In this document: positions 31,760 through 40,801 of the stretch, piece by piece | Position numbering within the stretch: position 1 is the first letter of the stretch | Layout: each line of letters starts with the position of its first letter | Assembly (NCBI GenBank): GCA_964552635.1 | Contig: CAZKHB010000015.1 | Location: 15,619-79,618 of the forward strand | Source of the DNA: an uncultured Chthoniobacterales bacterium | GTDB lineage: Bacteria > Verrucomicrobiota > Verrucomicrobiia > Chthoniobacterales > Terrimicrobiaceae | DNA: 64,000 nucleotides | Direction: 5' to 3' | Position numbers and translations under genes: made by a program | Notes under the pieces: generated by a model | Told to the model about the DNA's origin: nothing | What the model saw: only the letters and a program-made list of their open reading frames with translations | The model's database searches: none

Positions 31760-34700
31760 CTATTCCGTTTGCTTCGGGGGTTCGGCCAACGATTCTTTGG
31801 GAGAAAGCCCGAGATTCACGCGGATGAGCTTCCCGAGCAGCTCCGCGTTGATGTCGCCACCGATGGTTTTATGGCCCATCTTGAAGTCCTGGCGTGGTAG
31901 CATCCTCACGCGTGTGACATTTCCATTCGGCAAAGTCTTTTCCTGCACTGGGGCATCCGGAACGCTGCTTGTGATCAAGTCTCCCACTTCGTCATCGCGA
32001 TACTGGGCCACCCAATCCCAGGCCTCCTCACCTTTCAAAAATGAGTCGGTTCTCATTTGCCCATCTTGGTTCATCCAACCCTTTGCAGCCAAAAGCATGG
32101 TGCGTTCGAGTGTGGGAATCCCGCCGACCTCGGGCAAGAAGGCCTCCGTGGGGGAGATGAGCAAGAAACTGAGGGCAGGGTCATTGACGAGCTTCGGGTA
32201 GTCCCAGAGCACGAGTCCGGCCCCCAAAGAATTACCGACAATGAGAAACTTCTCGATCCCTGTTGCTTTCCGAATTTGCGACACGACGCTCTCTGCGATG
32301 CCCGGAAGGGGAAGCCTCACGGACTGATCACCGCCACGGTAGGTTTTAATCGTCTCGTTGACTTTATCAAATGGCGGTGCGTCGGGATAGCTCCAGAGGA
32401 AAAACGAGCACTGGTCAGGCAACAAATCCCCGAACCACTTCTCGTCCTTCAAAAGGGTGGCCACCATCTCTTGAGAACCCGAGTGACCGAAGAAAATCAC
32501 ACCAATGGGTCCTTTTCCAAGACGGGTAACCTCAAGCACCTGACCACTGACAGTAATCGGGAGCAGTGTGTGCAGACTGGTCGCGACCGCATCTCGTTGG
32601 CTTTGGGATCGCTGAACAGCTCCGGATGCCGAATTGTGTGACTGTTCTTTGCCCGTGGGACTGCTGGAATCTTGATTCCCGGAGCTCGTCATGCCTGCTG
32701 AGGATGTTGCAGGTTTTGTCAAAACAAAGGTTGTTTCCGTAAGTCCGCCTTCAGTGACTCTGTAGAATAGAGCAGAGGGTTTCAGCGGGTCGAAAGGAAT
32801 TGGGATTTCGAACCATTCCTTATAAGTCGCATAGGGTCTTTTCGGACAAACGACAATCTTTCCATCTTTCTGGAACGCCTGCCACTCTTGCAGTTCTATT
32901 TCCGCATCATCAACACTCTGAGATCTGCTACCTGACCAGATAGGAAAACTGCGGATGACCTCGCCGCTGGATTTGAAATCGTAAGTGTGTGCTGTGGCGT
33001 GGGTTCCTGTTTTCCATGGGCCGACAAGCTCACGTGGAACCCCGGGAGTCGAACCTTGCGACGAGGGAGGGCCAAGTATGGCACTGCCTGAAGGCTCCTG
33101 CCGGTTCCTTTCAGCTTTTGATTCTGCACCCTTGGTAAAGAAACCGACACGGCTGATCGAGCCTTGAAATGATTTCCCGTTCCGCGGGAAAGCAAAGAAC
33201 GACCGCCCCTCTCCTGCTTTCATCACAACGCCTGCGGGCAGTTCGGTGCGGGTCGTTTGACCATCCACGCTGAGTTCGAGCGCCCCATCTCTGCACTCGG
33301 CAACTATGTTGTGCCATGTGTCGGGTGCCGCAGGAGCGGTTGCAATGGTGTACCCGTTCTTGTGGTAAACGATGAAACTCACAGACCGCCGATCCGCCAT
33401 ATAATCCACTGCGAAAACAGCACAGCGAAGAACAGGAACCGGCCCATCCATTGAGGAGGAAGGGTTCATTCCCATCTCGATCCGGATCGGTTGGCCTTCA
33501 GCCCAGTTGAACTCATCCAACGAGCCGAGTGCTTGCTCGGTCCCGCCGTACAGCCGCAGACTGCGACCACCGGGCGCGGAGCGATCATCCTCAAGGGAGG
33601 CCCAATCCTTCAGTTTTGCCCCCTTCGTAGAGGCTTCGAGCCCCTTTGTTCCCGAGACACTTATCTTTGATGCGGAGGCTCGTGCTTTGCTGAAATCCCA
33701 TATCATCACTTCTTCACTCAGATCTCCGAGACCTGAATGGGTCGATCTCGCTACGGAAGGCTCCGCAAGCGCAGGCGGAGGAGCACCTGCCTCTTGGTCC
33801 GTAAAGCTCTGTGATGCCGGAGGGGCAGGGCCTGCTTCCGCTGCTGGTAGAGCTGGACTGGCTGCACTTCGTGTCGTCACCCGGATTTTTCCTATCGAGC
33901 CTGAGAAGGCTTGATTCTCGAAGGAGTGTGTTACAAGAGCTTTGGCGCTCCCGGCTCGCATGATGATGTCGCTGGGTAAGTTTTTCCGGACGGTTTCACC
34001 GTTAACAGTGATTTCAAGCAAGCCTTCTTTGTAGGCTGCTTTGACGTTGTTCCATGCGTCAAACGTGAGCTGAGTATCGACCTTCGAGTATTTGTTTGAC
34101 TCGTTCCAGACAAGGAATTGAAGAGTTCTTGACTCGGAGAGGAGGCGAAGCTCAAAAGAATTCGCGAACCGTAAAATGCGCACCGTGGATCTATTTGCCT
34201 CGGAGGGATTAAGGTCGATCTCGATCTGAACTTCGGCTCCTTTTTCGATATCGATCGAAGCCTTTGAAGAAAGTTTCTGATTCGCGGTTCCGTCGAAGCG
34301 CACTGCCCTACCGTTTGGTGCCTTCTCATCAACGACAACATTTGCCCAGTCAGGACCTTCACCAACCAGCGATCCCCCGAAAAGATCTGGCTCATTCGGA
34401 ACAGTGATCGAATCTTTGCTTTTACGTGCTTTGCTGAAATCCCAATCAGCGAGGGTGCTTCCGCCAGTAAAGGTCGTCCCACCTTTTGCCTCAGGTGCTG
34501 GAGCAGCCGAGACAGTGGTGGCAGCTGGTTTGGACGATTCCAACTGCTCGGTCAACTCAAGGACTGCGAGATCCACCCAGTTATCAAGATTCTTCCAACG
34601 GATGTGAACTTGGTGATCCTTCCTTTCCGCAATGGTGACGACTGTTCCTGGCGGCAAAGTCATCGTTCCCGCAGCTTTACCATCGACCTTCACCGTCATT

Positions 34701-34897
34701 GAAACGGAGACTTTCAAACGCGCCGCTTTGCCAGAAGACCTTTCCAAGCCTTGGGCCGGGGTAGAATGGGATACTCCAGATGCCACTTGCTGCTGAGCGT
34801 GAAGGTGAGGGCTGAAAGAAACTACCAGCAGCGTGATCCAGAGTTGGAATTGAGCTTTCATTGGGTCATTGGGTTTACGGAATGAGATCGGACTCAC
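31760..34897 (-). CDS. giant secreted protein: signal peptide, SH3b-like, two LamG-like (concanavalin-type) domains, C-terminal alpha/beta-hydrolase (esterase)
   Basis: Probable start at MKAQFQLWITLLVVSFSPHLHAQQ (34861). LamG repeats WDFSKARKS...RILRFANSFELRL... and MIWDFSKARASAS.... Esterase FFGHSG ... LIVGNSLGAG (GxSxG). GC about 47-52%. Confidence 0.65.
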   Translation of the reverse strand: MSPISFRKPNDPMKAQFQLWITLLVVSFSPHLHAQQQVASGVSHSTPAQGLERSSGKAARLKVSVSMTVKVDGKAAGTMTLPPGTVVTIAERKDHQVHIRWKNLDNWVDLAVLELTEQLESSKPAATTVSAAPAPEAKGGTTFTGGSTLADWDFSKARKSKDSITVPNEPDLFGGSLVGEGPDWANVVVDEKAPNGRAVRFDGTANQKLSSKASIDIEKGAEVQIEIDLNPSEANRSTVRILRFANSFELRLLSESRTLQFLVWNESNKYSKVDTQLTFDAWNNVKAAYKEGLLEITVNGETVRKNLPSDIIMRAGSAKALVTHSFENQAFSGSIGKIRVTTRSAASPALPAAEAGPAPPASQSFTDQEAGAPPPALAEPSVARSTHSGLGDLSEEVMIWDFSKARASASKISVSGTKGLEASTKGAKLKDWASLEDDRSAPGGRSLRLYGGTEQALGSLDEFNWAEGQPIRIEMGMNPSSSMDGPVPVLRCAVFAVDYMADRRSVSFIVYHKNGYTIATAPAAPDTWHNIVAECRDGALELSVDGQTTRTELPAGVVMKAGEGRSFFAFPRNGKSFQGSISRVGFFTKGAESKAERNRQEPSGSAILGPPSSQGSTPGVPRELVGPWKTGTHATAHTYDFKSSGEVIRSFPIWSGSRSQSVDDAEIELQEWQAFQKDGKIVVCPKRPYATYKEWFEIPIPFDPLKPSALFYRVTEGGLTETTFVLTKPATSSAGMTSSGNQDSSSPTGKEQSHNSASGAVQRSQSQRDAVATSLHTLLPITVSGQVLEVTRLGKGPIGVIFFGHSGSQEMVATLLKDEKWFGDLLPDQCSFFLWSYPDAPPFDKVNETIKTYRGGDQSVRLPLPGIAESVVSQIRKATGIEKFLIVGNSLGAGLVLWDYPKLVNDPALSFLLISPTEAFLPEVGGIPTLERTMLLAAKGWMNQDGQMRTDSFLKGEEAWDWVAQYRDDEVGDLITSSVPDAPVQEKTLPNGNVTRVRMLPRQDFKMGHKTIGGDINAELLGKLIRVNLGLSPKESLAEPPKQTE

Positions 34898-34988
34898 CCA
34901 TACATGCGCGGAATCGGGGGGCTAACGGACAGGACAATAGCCGAAAGCCACTTGTCCGTTTATACGAAATTTTTGCGCATGAGAAAGC

Positions 34989-36014
34989 ATGAGAACTTCT
35001 CAATATCTCTTCTTAGGCCTCATTCACAGGAGAAAGCCTTTTGGTCCTTGGTACGCACTTCGCAGCCTCTTTTGCGGAATGGTTATCGCTTGTGTCAGCA
35101 TGGCTGCCGGTTGGACAGCAGACTTTAAGCCAGCAGGGCGCTGGGAGGGTGCTGGGAAGGGAATTTTCGGGATGCGATACGAGATGCGGCTCGACTTGGC
35201 TGAAGATGGATCGGCCACATTGGTGTATGCCGATGAGGAGCCACCGCATACCCTGAATTCCGATTTTCAGCGCAACCTCATACGGGCCACCGGTCAATGG
35301 TCGTTCGCAGACGATACTGTGCATCTGGACATTTCCGTCCGAGAGTGGAAGCGGCAATTAGGAAACGATGAACCGGTTGATGTGGAGCCGACTGATGTCG
35401 GACTCTCATTGGATACAGCATTCAGTAAGCCAAAGCCGCCGCGTGGTCGTGGGATTAAGGACAGCGAACTGTTCCTCCAAAAAGATGGCACGCTACTGCA
35501 AGCGATGATGACCTTTACCGGTTCTTGGCCAATTGGGGCCGGCGCCATTCCTTTCGCTCGTATGGCCTCGGGGGTTAAGCTAAAACGGATCGACCAACTG
35601 AAGCAGCCCGATCCTGTCGGCGAGTGGATATTCGAAGATGCCGGTCGAGAGCTTTCCTTGTGCTTTTGGGAGTCCGGTGAGGGTGCTGGGGAGTTCTCAA
35701 CGCCGGATGGTGATGTCATCCAATTGGATGGAGAATGGGAGGTCATCACCGACGGACGGTGGAAAGATCACGTGCTATGGAGGGGAAGAGTGGTCTACTG
35801 GGCCAAGTCTGGCAACCCAGTGACACCCTCGGATGGACAGTTCGAATTCGTGCTATCGGTAGAACCGTCGAAACTCAGTCTGATCCGAGGCGGAAATCTC
35901 AAGGCTGCGGACGGAACAGAACTTCCGATCCACGGCCCGAACGGAAATGCCAGCCCGGTTTTCCGAAGGCAGAACGACCAACGCCCCACCCACCGCACAC
36001 CGGGGAATGCGTGA
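34989..36014 (+). CDS. hypothetical protein with internal two-fold repeat
   Basis: Only plus-strand gene in the island. Repeated modules GQWSFADDTVHLDISVREW... and GEWIFEDAGRELSLCFWES.... Likely start MVIACVSMAAGW. Confidence 0.4.
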   Translation: MRTSQYLFLGLIHRRKPFGPWYALRSLFCGMVIACVSMAAGWTADFKPAGRWEGAGKGIFGMRYEMRLDLAEDGSATLVYADEEPPHTLNSDFQRNLIRATGQWSFADDTVHLDISVREWKRQLGNDEPVDVEPTDVGLSLDTAFSKPKPPRGRGIKDSELFLQKDGTLLQAMMTFTGSWPIGAGAIPFARMASGVKLKRIDQLKQPDPVGEWIFEDAGRELSLCFWESGEGAGEFSTPDGDVIQLDGEWEVITDGRWKDHVLWRGRVVYWAKSGNPVTPSDGQFEFVLSVEPSKLSLIRGGNLKAADGTELPIHGPNGNASPVFRRQNDQRPTHRTPGNA

Positions 36015-36055
36015 TGTTCCTTCAGGCGAAGCTCTCGTCTCGCGTTTATTGACGA

Positions 36056-36613
36056 TCAACGCGACCTCACATACACCGTGCGCGACTCGATGTGGAGCCA
36101 GGCACCAATCAGAAGCAGGATGATCGCAAGGGCGACCGCGACGATGCCAAGAAAGTAGAGGATGGGTGCGAGGATAGCGCCGAAACCCGATGTGACAAGC
36201 AGAGCTGCTCCTCCGCGAAGCAGTCCCACCCGGCGGATGACGAACCATATGAGACCTCCAGCTGTAATGACGGCGGCGGCAAGAAGCAGTGTCCAGCCAG
36301 TTGTTTCTGACGAGCGCAGCGAGAGCGCACCGTAGAAGGCCCAGAGCGCGACACCCGACCAAAGACACGTGAACCAACGAATCGGCTTCCAGTCCCGGTA
36401 GGGTTCGTTACGGCCGCGAAGAAGGTGGTTGAGTCCATTGACGGTCATGACGAAGACGGCCACGAAAAGGGCGATCAATAGCAGGAGCGCCAAGACGACT
36501 CCGATTCCCACCCACAGCTTTTGCTCGGAGGAGATGGTCTCATAGAAAGCGGCAGCCTGTTCAAGGAGTGGATCGAGTTTCGCAATCCATACGCTGATAT
36601 AGTGTTCACTCAT
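36056..36613 (-). CDS. hypothetical polytopic membrane protein
   Basis: MSEHYISVWIAKLDPLLEQAAAFYETISSEQKLWVGIGVVLALLLLIALFVAVFV... with several TM helices. The track ORF reads in-frame upstream into a pseudogene remnant. Confidence 0.5.
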   Translation of the reverse strand: MSEHYISVWIAKLDPLLEQAAAFYETISSEQKLWVGIGVVLALLLLIALFVAVFVMTVNGLNHLLRGRNEPYRDWKPIRWFTCLWSGVALWAFYGALSLRSSETTGWTLLLAAAVITAGGLIWFVIRRVGLLRGGAALLVTSGFGAILAPILYFLGIVAVALAIILLLIGAWLHIESRTVYVRSR

Positions 36614-36669
36614 AGGGGTTAGGTTTGGGAATCGTGGAGGCACATCCGGCAACAGATCGGGCGTCAATG

Positions 36670-36765
36670 GGAACCGAAGTTCTGGACCCAGTAGGGAAAT
36701 CGGCGCTTGCGCGGTGAGCACACCTCCTGTTTCGGCCCACCCAAGCAAGGGTGTCAAGAGCATCA
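36670..36765 (-). pseudogene. internally deleted remnant of a CAP-protein gene paralog (signal-peptide region fused to last ~9 codons)
   Basis: 36699-36769 is about 85% identical to 30511-30581 (encoding WAETGGVLTAQAPISL). 36676-36697 matches the CAP gene 3' end (PYWVQNFG, 29845-29866), out of frame. Confidence 0.5.
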
Positions 36766-36819
36766 GATGGACAACGACGCGGGAAGCCGCCAGACCTTTG
36801 GATTTTCCCAGCAGCGGAG

Positions 36820-36912
36820 CTAGAACTTGCAGGGGATTCCTCTTGCCGATAGTTCACAGTCAGAGTGACCGAGTCCGAGGAAGACTAGAAGGATAACAAT
36901 GAGGACGAGCAT
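36820..36912 (-). pseudogene. truncated paralog of the small zinc-ribbon gene (30 codons then stop)
   Basis: Encodes MLVLIVILLVFLGLGHSDCELSARGIPCKF*. 36835-36930 is about 85% identical to 31580-31675. Confidence 0.5.
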
Positions 36913-36966
36913 GAGTTGACCAGGTTAGGTTTCGCAAGTTTCCGGTTCTCGTTGCTGCGAGAGAGT

Positions 36967-39900
36967 TCACTGGGGAAGAACGGGCTGGCTTGGATTCTCC
37001 GCGCGCTGGGTCGCCTCATACCGCCTGCGGGAGGATACGGGGTCGGGTTCCGGTTCACTGCTCCAGCGAAGACAGCCGATGGATCCGGCGAACGACCGAC
37101 CCTCGGACGCGTGGGCGGTCAGGAGTTGAGCAAGCCCGGCCTGCATCTTCATATCCTCGGGGAGAGGTTTGCGGACCGACTTCCCGTTGATCGTCAGCTC
37201 CAGAGCATCCTCTCGATACTCCGCGACGACCTTGTTCCAAGCGTTGAAGTCCACGCTGGCCATGACGACGGCACTCTCCTGGTGAGCGCGCCAAATGATG
37301 AACTCGATGCCTCCTTTTTCGGTTCGGAGGCGGAGTTCGAAGCAGTTCGCAAAGCGAACCAAGCGTCTGTTGGAGTCATTGGCATCCGAGGGGTTGATAT
37401 CCATTTCGATTTTGAAGTTTTGTCCTTCGGCCAGTTCGAACTGCCTGCTGGATGCGAGACGTTGATCGGGGGATCCAGAGAAGCGGACGGCGCGGCGTCC
37501 GGGCGCGGCGGGGTCGTCGACCACCTCGGCCCAAGCGGCGTTTTGACCCATCAGATTCACGGGAGCCTTGCCAACGCCCGGGATGATGAGTGAGGAACTC
37601 AACCTCTTTGCTTGGCTGAAGTCCCAACTGGCAATGACATTGCCGGGTTGGTGATCTCCATCGGCTTCCGAGAGAGGCTCGGGCGCAGTGTTAGATTTCA
37701 CGCTGGGAGTGGCCGTGCCGGGGAGGCTGTCAAACAGCGGGCGAACCTCCCGGAGGAGGAGCCAGTTGACGATGTCGGGACCATCAAAGGCGTTGCGGCC
37801 CTTGTAGGGTTCGGCGTCGTCCTCGGGGAGGTTGAGGGATTGTCGGGCGAGGTCGTAGGCGGCCCGGGCCGCTGTGGGGTCGCCGATTTTCAGGAGGCAG
37901 GCGGCGCGGAGGATGTGGATGCCGGGTTGTTTATTCGAAATCTCGGCCTCGCCCGACTCCGCGAGCGCTTGATCGAAGATCCGGAGGGCGTCCGTGAAGT
38001 TGCCGTCGCGGTACTCGACGAGTCCATTCATGAAGCGCGTCCAGTGAGGCGAGCTGTTTCTGAGCTCGGGCGCATTTTTGGCGGAGCGCGTCACGGCACA
38101 GCGGGCCAATACTTTGCGAGCACCGTCGATCTGCGCCGGGACTTCAACGGGGGTCAGAAGGGCGGTCAGGACCGCGCGCTCAGCGATATCCGGCCGCGTA
38201 GGCATGTTGTCGCAATTCGCCACGGCATAGGCGAGCATGCGCTGCCGTGTGCGACTGTAGGCCTCCGTTTTGCCGAACCAGACCTCGAGGCCTCCGAGCA
38301 TCATATTGACGAGCGTATCATCGTTCATCCACGGGCCACACTGCTGAAGTTCGGCGAGACCTTCCTGCGTTCGCCCGAAATGAAGAAGGGCGCGGCCGAG
38401 AAAACTCCGGGCGTGCGCAGTGCTGCGGTTCTCTTTTCCCAACACGCGGTCCATTCGCGGGACGAGATCTTCGCCGATCCGGAGAGCGCGGTCGGGCACT
38501 TTTGAAATGTAAAGCCGCTCCAGCAGTCGCGACTCGGAGGCGAGGGTGTCGGCGTGGTCGGGCCCGAAGATGCGTTTTCTCGCTTCCGAGAGTTCTTCTT
38601 GAAGCCGGATGGCATCGCGCCAGCCCCCGCTGCGCCAGTTGAAGAAGGCGAGGGTTTCCTTGTCTTGGATGGTGATGAAGTGGGTGGGGCCGTATTTCCT
38701 TTCGAGGATATCAACGAGATCTCTCTGCACCCGGATCGCCTCCTGTCCACGACCGGATCCATAGTATGTGTCGGCGAGTTTTCTGAGGACTTGGATCGTG
38801 TCGGCGCTGTCCGGTCCGGTGTTCACCCGGCTGGCTTCGAGTTCCGCTTCGAGGCTGACAATGCGCTGGCGGGCGCGCTCGTGGCGTTCCTCGTCCGTGG
38901 GTGGCGGACCAGAAGGCTCCGGGCGGTTGATGCGAGTTGGTGTCGGGCGGGGTTTTGCCCCGGTGGAAACAAGCAGGCTCTCGATCTGCTGCTGCAAAGC
39001 CTCCATCGTGCGGGGATCAGCAGTGCCCGAGCGGGTCCGCAGTTCGACCAGCCGCCGAGAAGCGGTCAGCGCCTCGGAGTAGTAGCCCCGGGCATTAAGA
39101 AGGTTGGCCAGACGAGTGAGGATTCCGAGGGACTGCGGCGAATCCTCCCCGGTGGCTTGAGTCGAAAGAGCCAGTGCCTCTTTGTAGAGTTCTGTGGCTT
39201 CCGGATAGGCTCCGAGGTTCATCTGAGTGTCGGCGAGCACGGCTTTGAGAAACGCCTTGCGCTCTGGTTGGTCGGCGGGCAAAGCATCGAGCTTGGCATT
39301 GGCCTTCTGCAGCGCCTCGGCAAGGGTGATGTTGCGGCTGTTTTTCTCGGGATCGGGAAGGCGAAAAACGTCGACGAGGAGTCCGCTGACGGATTCGGAG
39401 TTTTGCAGGGCGCGTGCCTTCTCGGACTCCGCTCTCTGGGATTCCGCAAGCAAACGCCGTGCTTCGGCCTCTGCGTGAGATGCGCGAATGGCCAGCAGTG
39501 CGCTGACTACTGTCGCTGTGACGAGGATGGCTGCGAGTAACCCTGCGATGAACAACCCAGTCCGATGCCGACGGGCGAAGGTCGAGAGCAGGTAGGCCGG
39601 AGTGGGAGCGCGGGCCGTAACCGGTTGCTGCGTGAGAAATCTTTCAACGTCTGCCGCAAACGCGTCGGCCGACGCATAACGCCGGTCGCGGTCTTTTTCC
39701 AAGGCCTTCACCGCCACCCAGTCCAATTCCTTCGTCAGGCTGACGGGAAGCGTTTCGGACGTGAGAACCCGAGCGGCTGCGATCTCAGCGCGGACTTCCT
39801 GCGGGAGCTTGCGAAAACGCAGCGACGGCCGGAGCGGCTCCGATTCCAAGACGGTACGGCGCAACTCGTCTACCCCACCCACGAGGAGGGCCTTCGGGTC

Positions 39901-40719
39901 GAACGGCGGAACACCGACGAGCAGTTCGTAGAGGACGACGCCCAAGCTGTAAACATCCGTGCGGGTATCGACATCTCGCCCCGCCAGTTGCTCGGGGCTC
40001 ATATAAGCGGGCGTACCAAGCCCAAGTGGGGCGATGGTCACCAGCGTGACATCCGCGAGGCGGCCCTGAACCGCCTTGGCGATGCCGAAGTCGATGACCT
40101 TCACCAAGGGGCCATCCGGTCCGTCCGTGACGAGAATGTTCGATGGCTTGAGATCGCGGTGGATCACTCCCTTCTGGTGGGCGTGGCTGACCGCCGAGCA
40201 AACACCGAGGAAGAGCTGCAGACGGTCCCGCAGAGTCCGGCGTCCGGCATCGCAATACTCCGTGATCGCCCGTCCCTCGACAAACTCCATCACGAAAAAC
40301 GGCCGTCCGCGCGATGTCTCCCCCGCATCAAATACACGGGCAATGTGCGGATGTTCCATCCGTGACAGCGCCTCGCGTTCGGCTTGGAAACGCGCGAGCA
40401 CCTCCGCGGTGTCGAGGCCGGCTTTGAGCACTTTCATGGCGACGCGGCGGCGAATCGGCGTCGCCTGTTCGGCCAGCCAAACAATGCCGAAGCCGCCTTC
40501 CCCGATCCTCTCGATAAGCCGGTAGGGACCAACTGAATCGCCCGGCTTTTCCTGGGAAACTTCCACGGAGGCCACGGGGTGGTTCGCCAGCGTGGGCTGA
40601 TCGCCAAAGAAGGCCTCGGCTTTCTCCGCATCGGTGAGAAGTCTCTCGACTTCGCCACGCAGCTCGGCGTCGCCCCCGCACGTCGAGTTGAGAAAGACAG
40701 CACGCGCGTCCGGCGACAT
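36967..40719 (-). CDS. Ser/Thr protein kinase with TM helix, TPR-rich region and C-terminal LamG-like sensor domain
   Basis: Hanks kinase motifs GPYRLIERIGEGGFGIVWLAEQ...AMKVLK...HRDLKPSNILV...DFGIAK...GTPAYMSPE. TM segment GLFIAGLLAAILVTATVVSALLAI. C-terminal VIASWDFSQAKRL...RLVRFANCFELRL... is homologous to the giant protein's LamG domains. Start could lie upstream (40875). Confidence 0.75.
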   Translation of the reverse strand: MSPDARAVFLNSTCGGDAELRGEVERLLTDAEKAEAFFGDQPTLANHPVASVEVSQEKPGDSVGPYRLIERIGEGGFGIVWLAEQATPIRRRVAMKVLKAGLDTAEVLARFQAEREALSRMEHPHIARVFDAGETSRGRPFFVMEFVEGRAITEYCDAGRRTLRDRLQLFLGVCSAVSHAHQKGVIHRDLKPSNILVTDGPDGPLVKVIDFGIAKAVQGRLADVTLVTIAPLGLGTPAYMSPEQLAGRDVDTRTDVYSLGVVLYELLVGVPPFDPKALLVGGVDELRRTVLESEPLRPSLRFRKLPQEVRAEIAAARVLTSETLPVSLTKELDWVAVKALEKDRDRRYASADAFAADVERFLTQQPVTARAPTPAYLLSTFARRHRTGLFIAGLLAAILVTATVVSALLAIRASHAEAEARRLLAESQRAESEKARALQNSESVSGLLVDVFRLPDPEKNSRNITLAEALQKANAKLDALPADQPERKAFLKAVLADTQMNLGAYPEATELYKEALALSTQATGEDSPQSLGILTRLANLLNARGYYSEALTASRRLVELRTRSGTADPRTMEALQQQIESLLVSTGAKPRPTPTRINRPEPSGPPPTDEERHERARQRIVSLEAELEASRVNTGPDSADTIQVLRKLADTYYGSGRGQEAIRVQRDLVDILERKYGPTHFITIQDKETLAFFNWRSGGWRDAIRLQEELSEARKRIFGPDHADTLASESRLLERLYISKVPDRALRIGEDLVPRMDRVLGKENRSTAHARSFLGRALLHFGRTQEGLAELQQCGPWMNDDTLVNMMLGGLEVWFGKTEAYSRTRQRMLAYAVANCDNMPTRPDIAERAVLTALLTPVEVPAQIDGARKVLARCAVTRSAKNAPELRNSSPHWTRFMNGLVEYRDGNFTDALRIFDQALAESGEAEISNKQPGIHILRAACLLKIGDPTAARAAYDLARQSLNLPEDDAEPYKGRNAFDGPDIVNWLLLREVRPLFDSLPGTATPSVKSNTAPEPLSEADGDHQPGNVIASWDFSQAKRLSSSLIIPGVGKAPVNLMGQNAAWAEVVDDPAAPGRRAVRFSGSPDQRLASSRQFELAEGQNFKIEMDINPSDANDSNRRLVRFANCFELRLRTEKGGIEFIIWRAHQESAVVMASVDFNAWNKVVAEYREDALELTINGKSVRKPLPEDMKMQAGLAQLLTAHASEGRSFAGSIGCLRWSSEPEPDPVSSRRRYEATQRAENPSQPVLPQ

Positions 40720-40801
40720 CTCCAGCGCTTCCAAAAAAATATCTTCTGCCGAACTCTTCACTGATTCCTCATGCGCTGTAGCGAGCCCAGAGCGGACACT
40801 G

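Noticed and set aside
29845-36932. Diversity-generating retroelement (template/variable repeat) explanation for the ~85% identical repeat pairs
   Set aside because: Mismatches between copies are of mixed type and not adenine-specific (for example G/C, G/A, C/G and C/T). No reverse transcriptase gene is present. Ordinary degenerate duplication fits better.
28076-36950. Classical mobile genomic island (integrase/tRNA-bounded)
   Set aside because: No integrase, transposase, tRNA gene or clear att-like direct repeats were found at the boundaries. Only the lower GC supports foreign origin.
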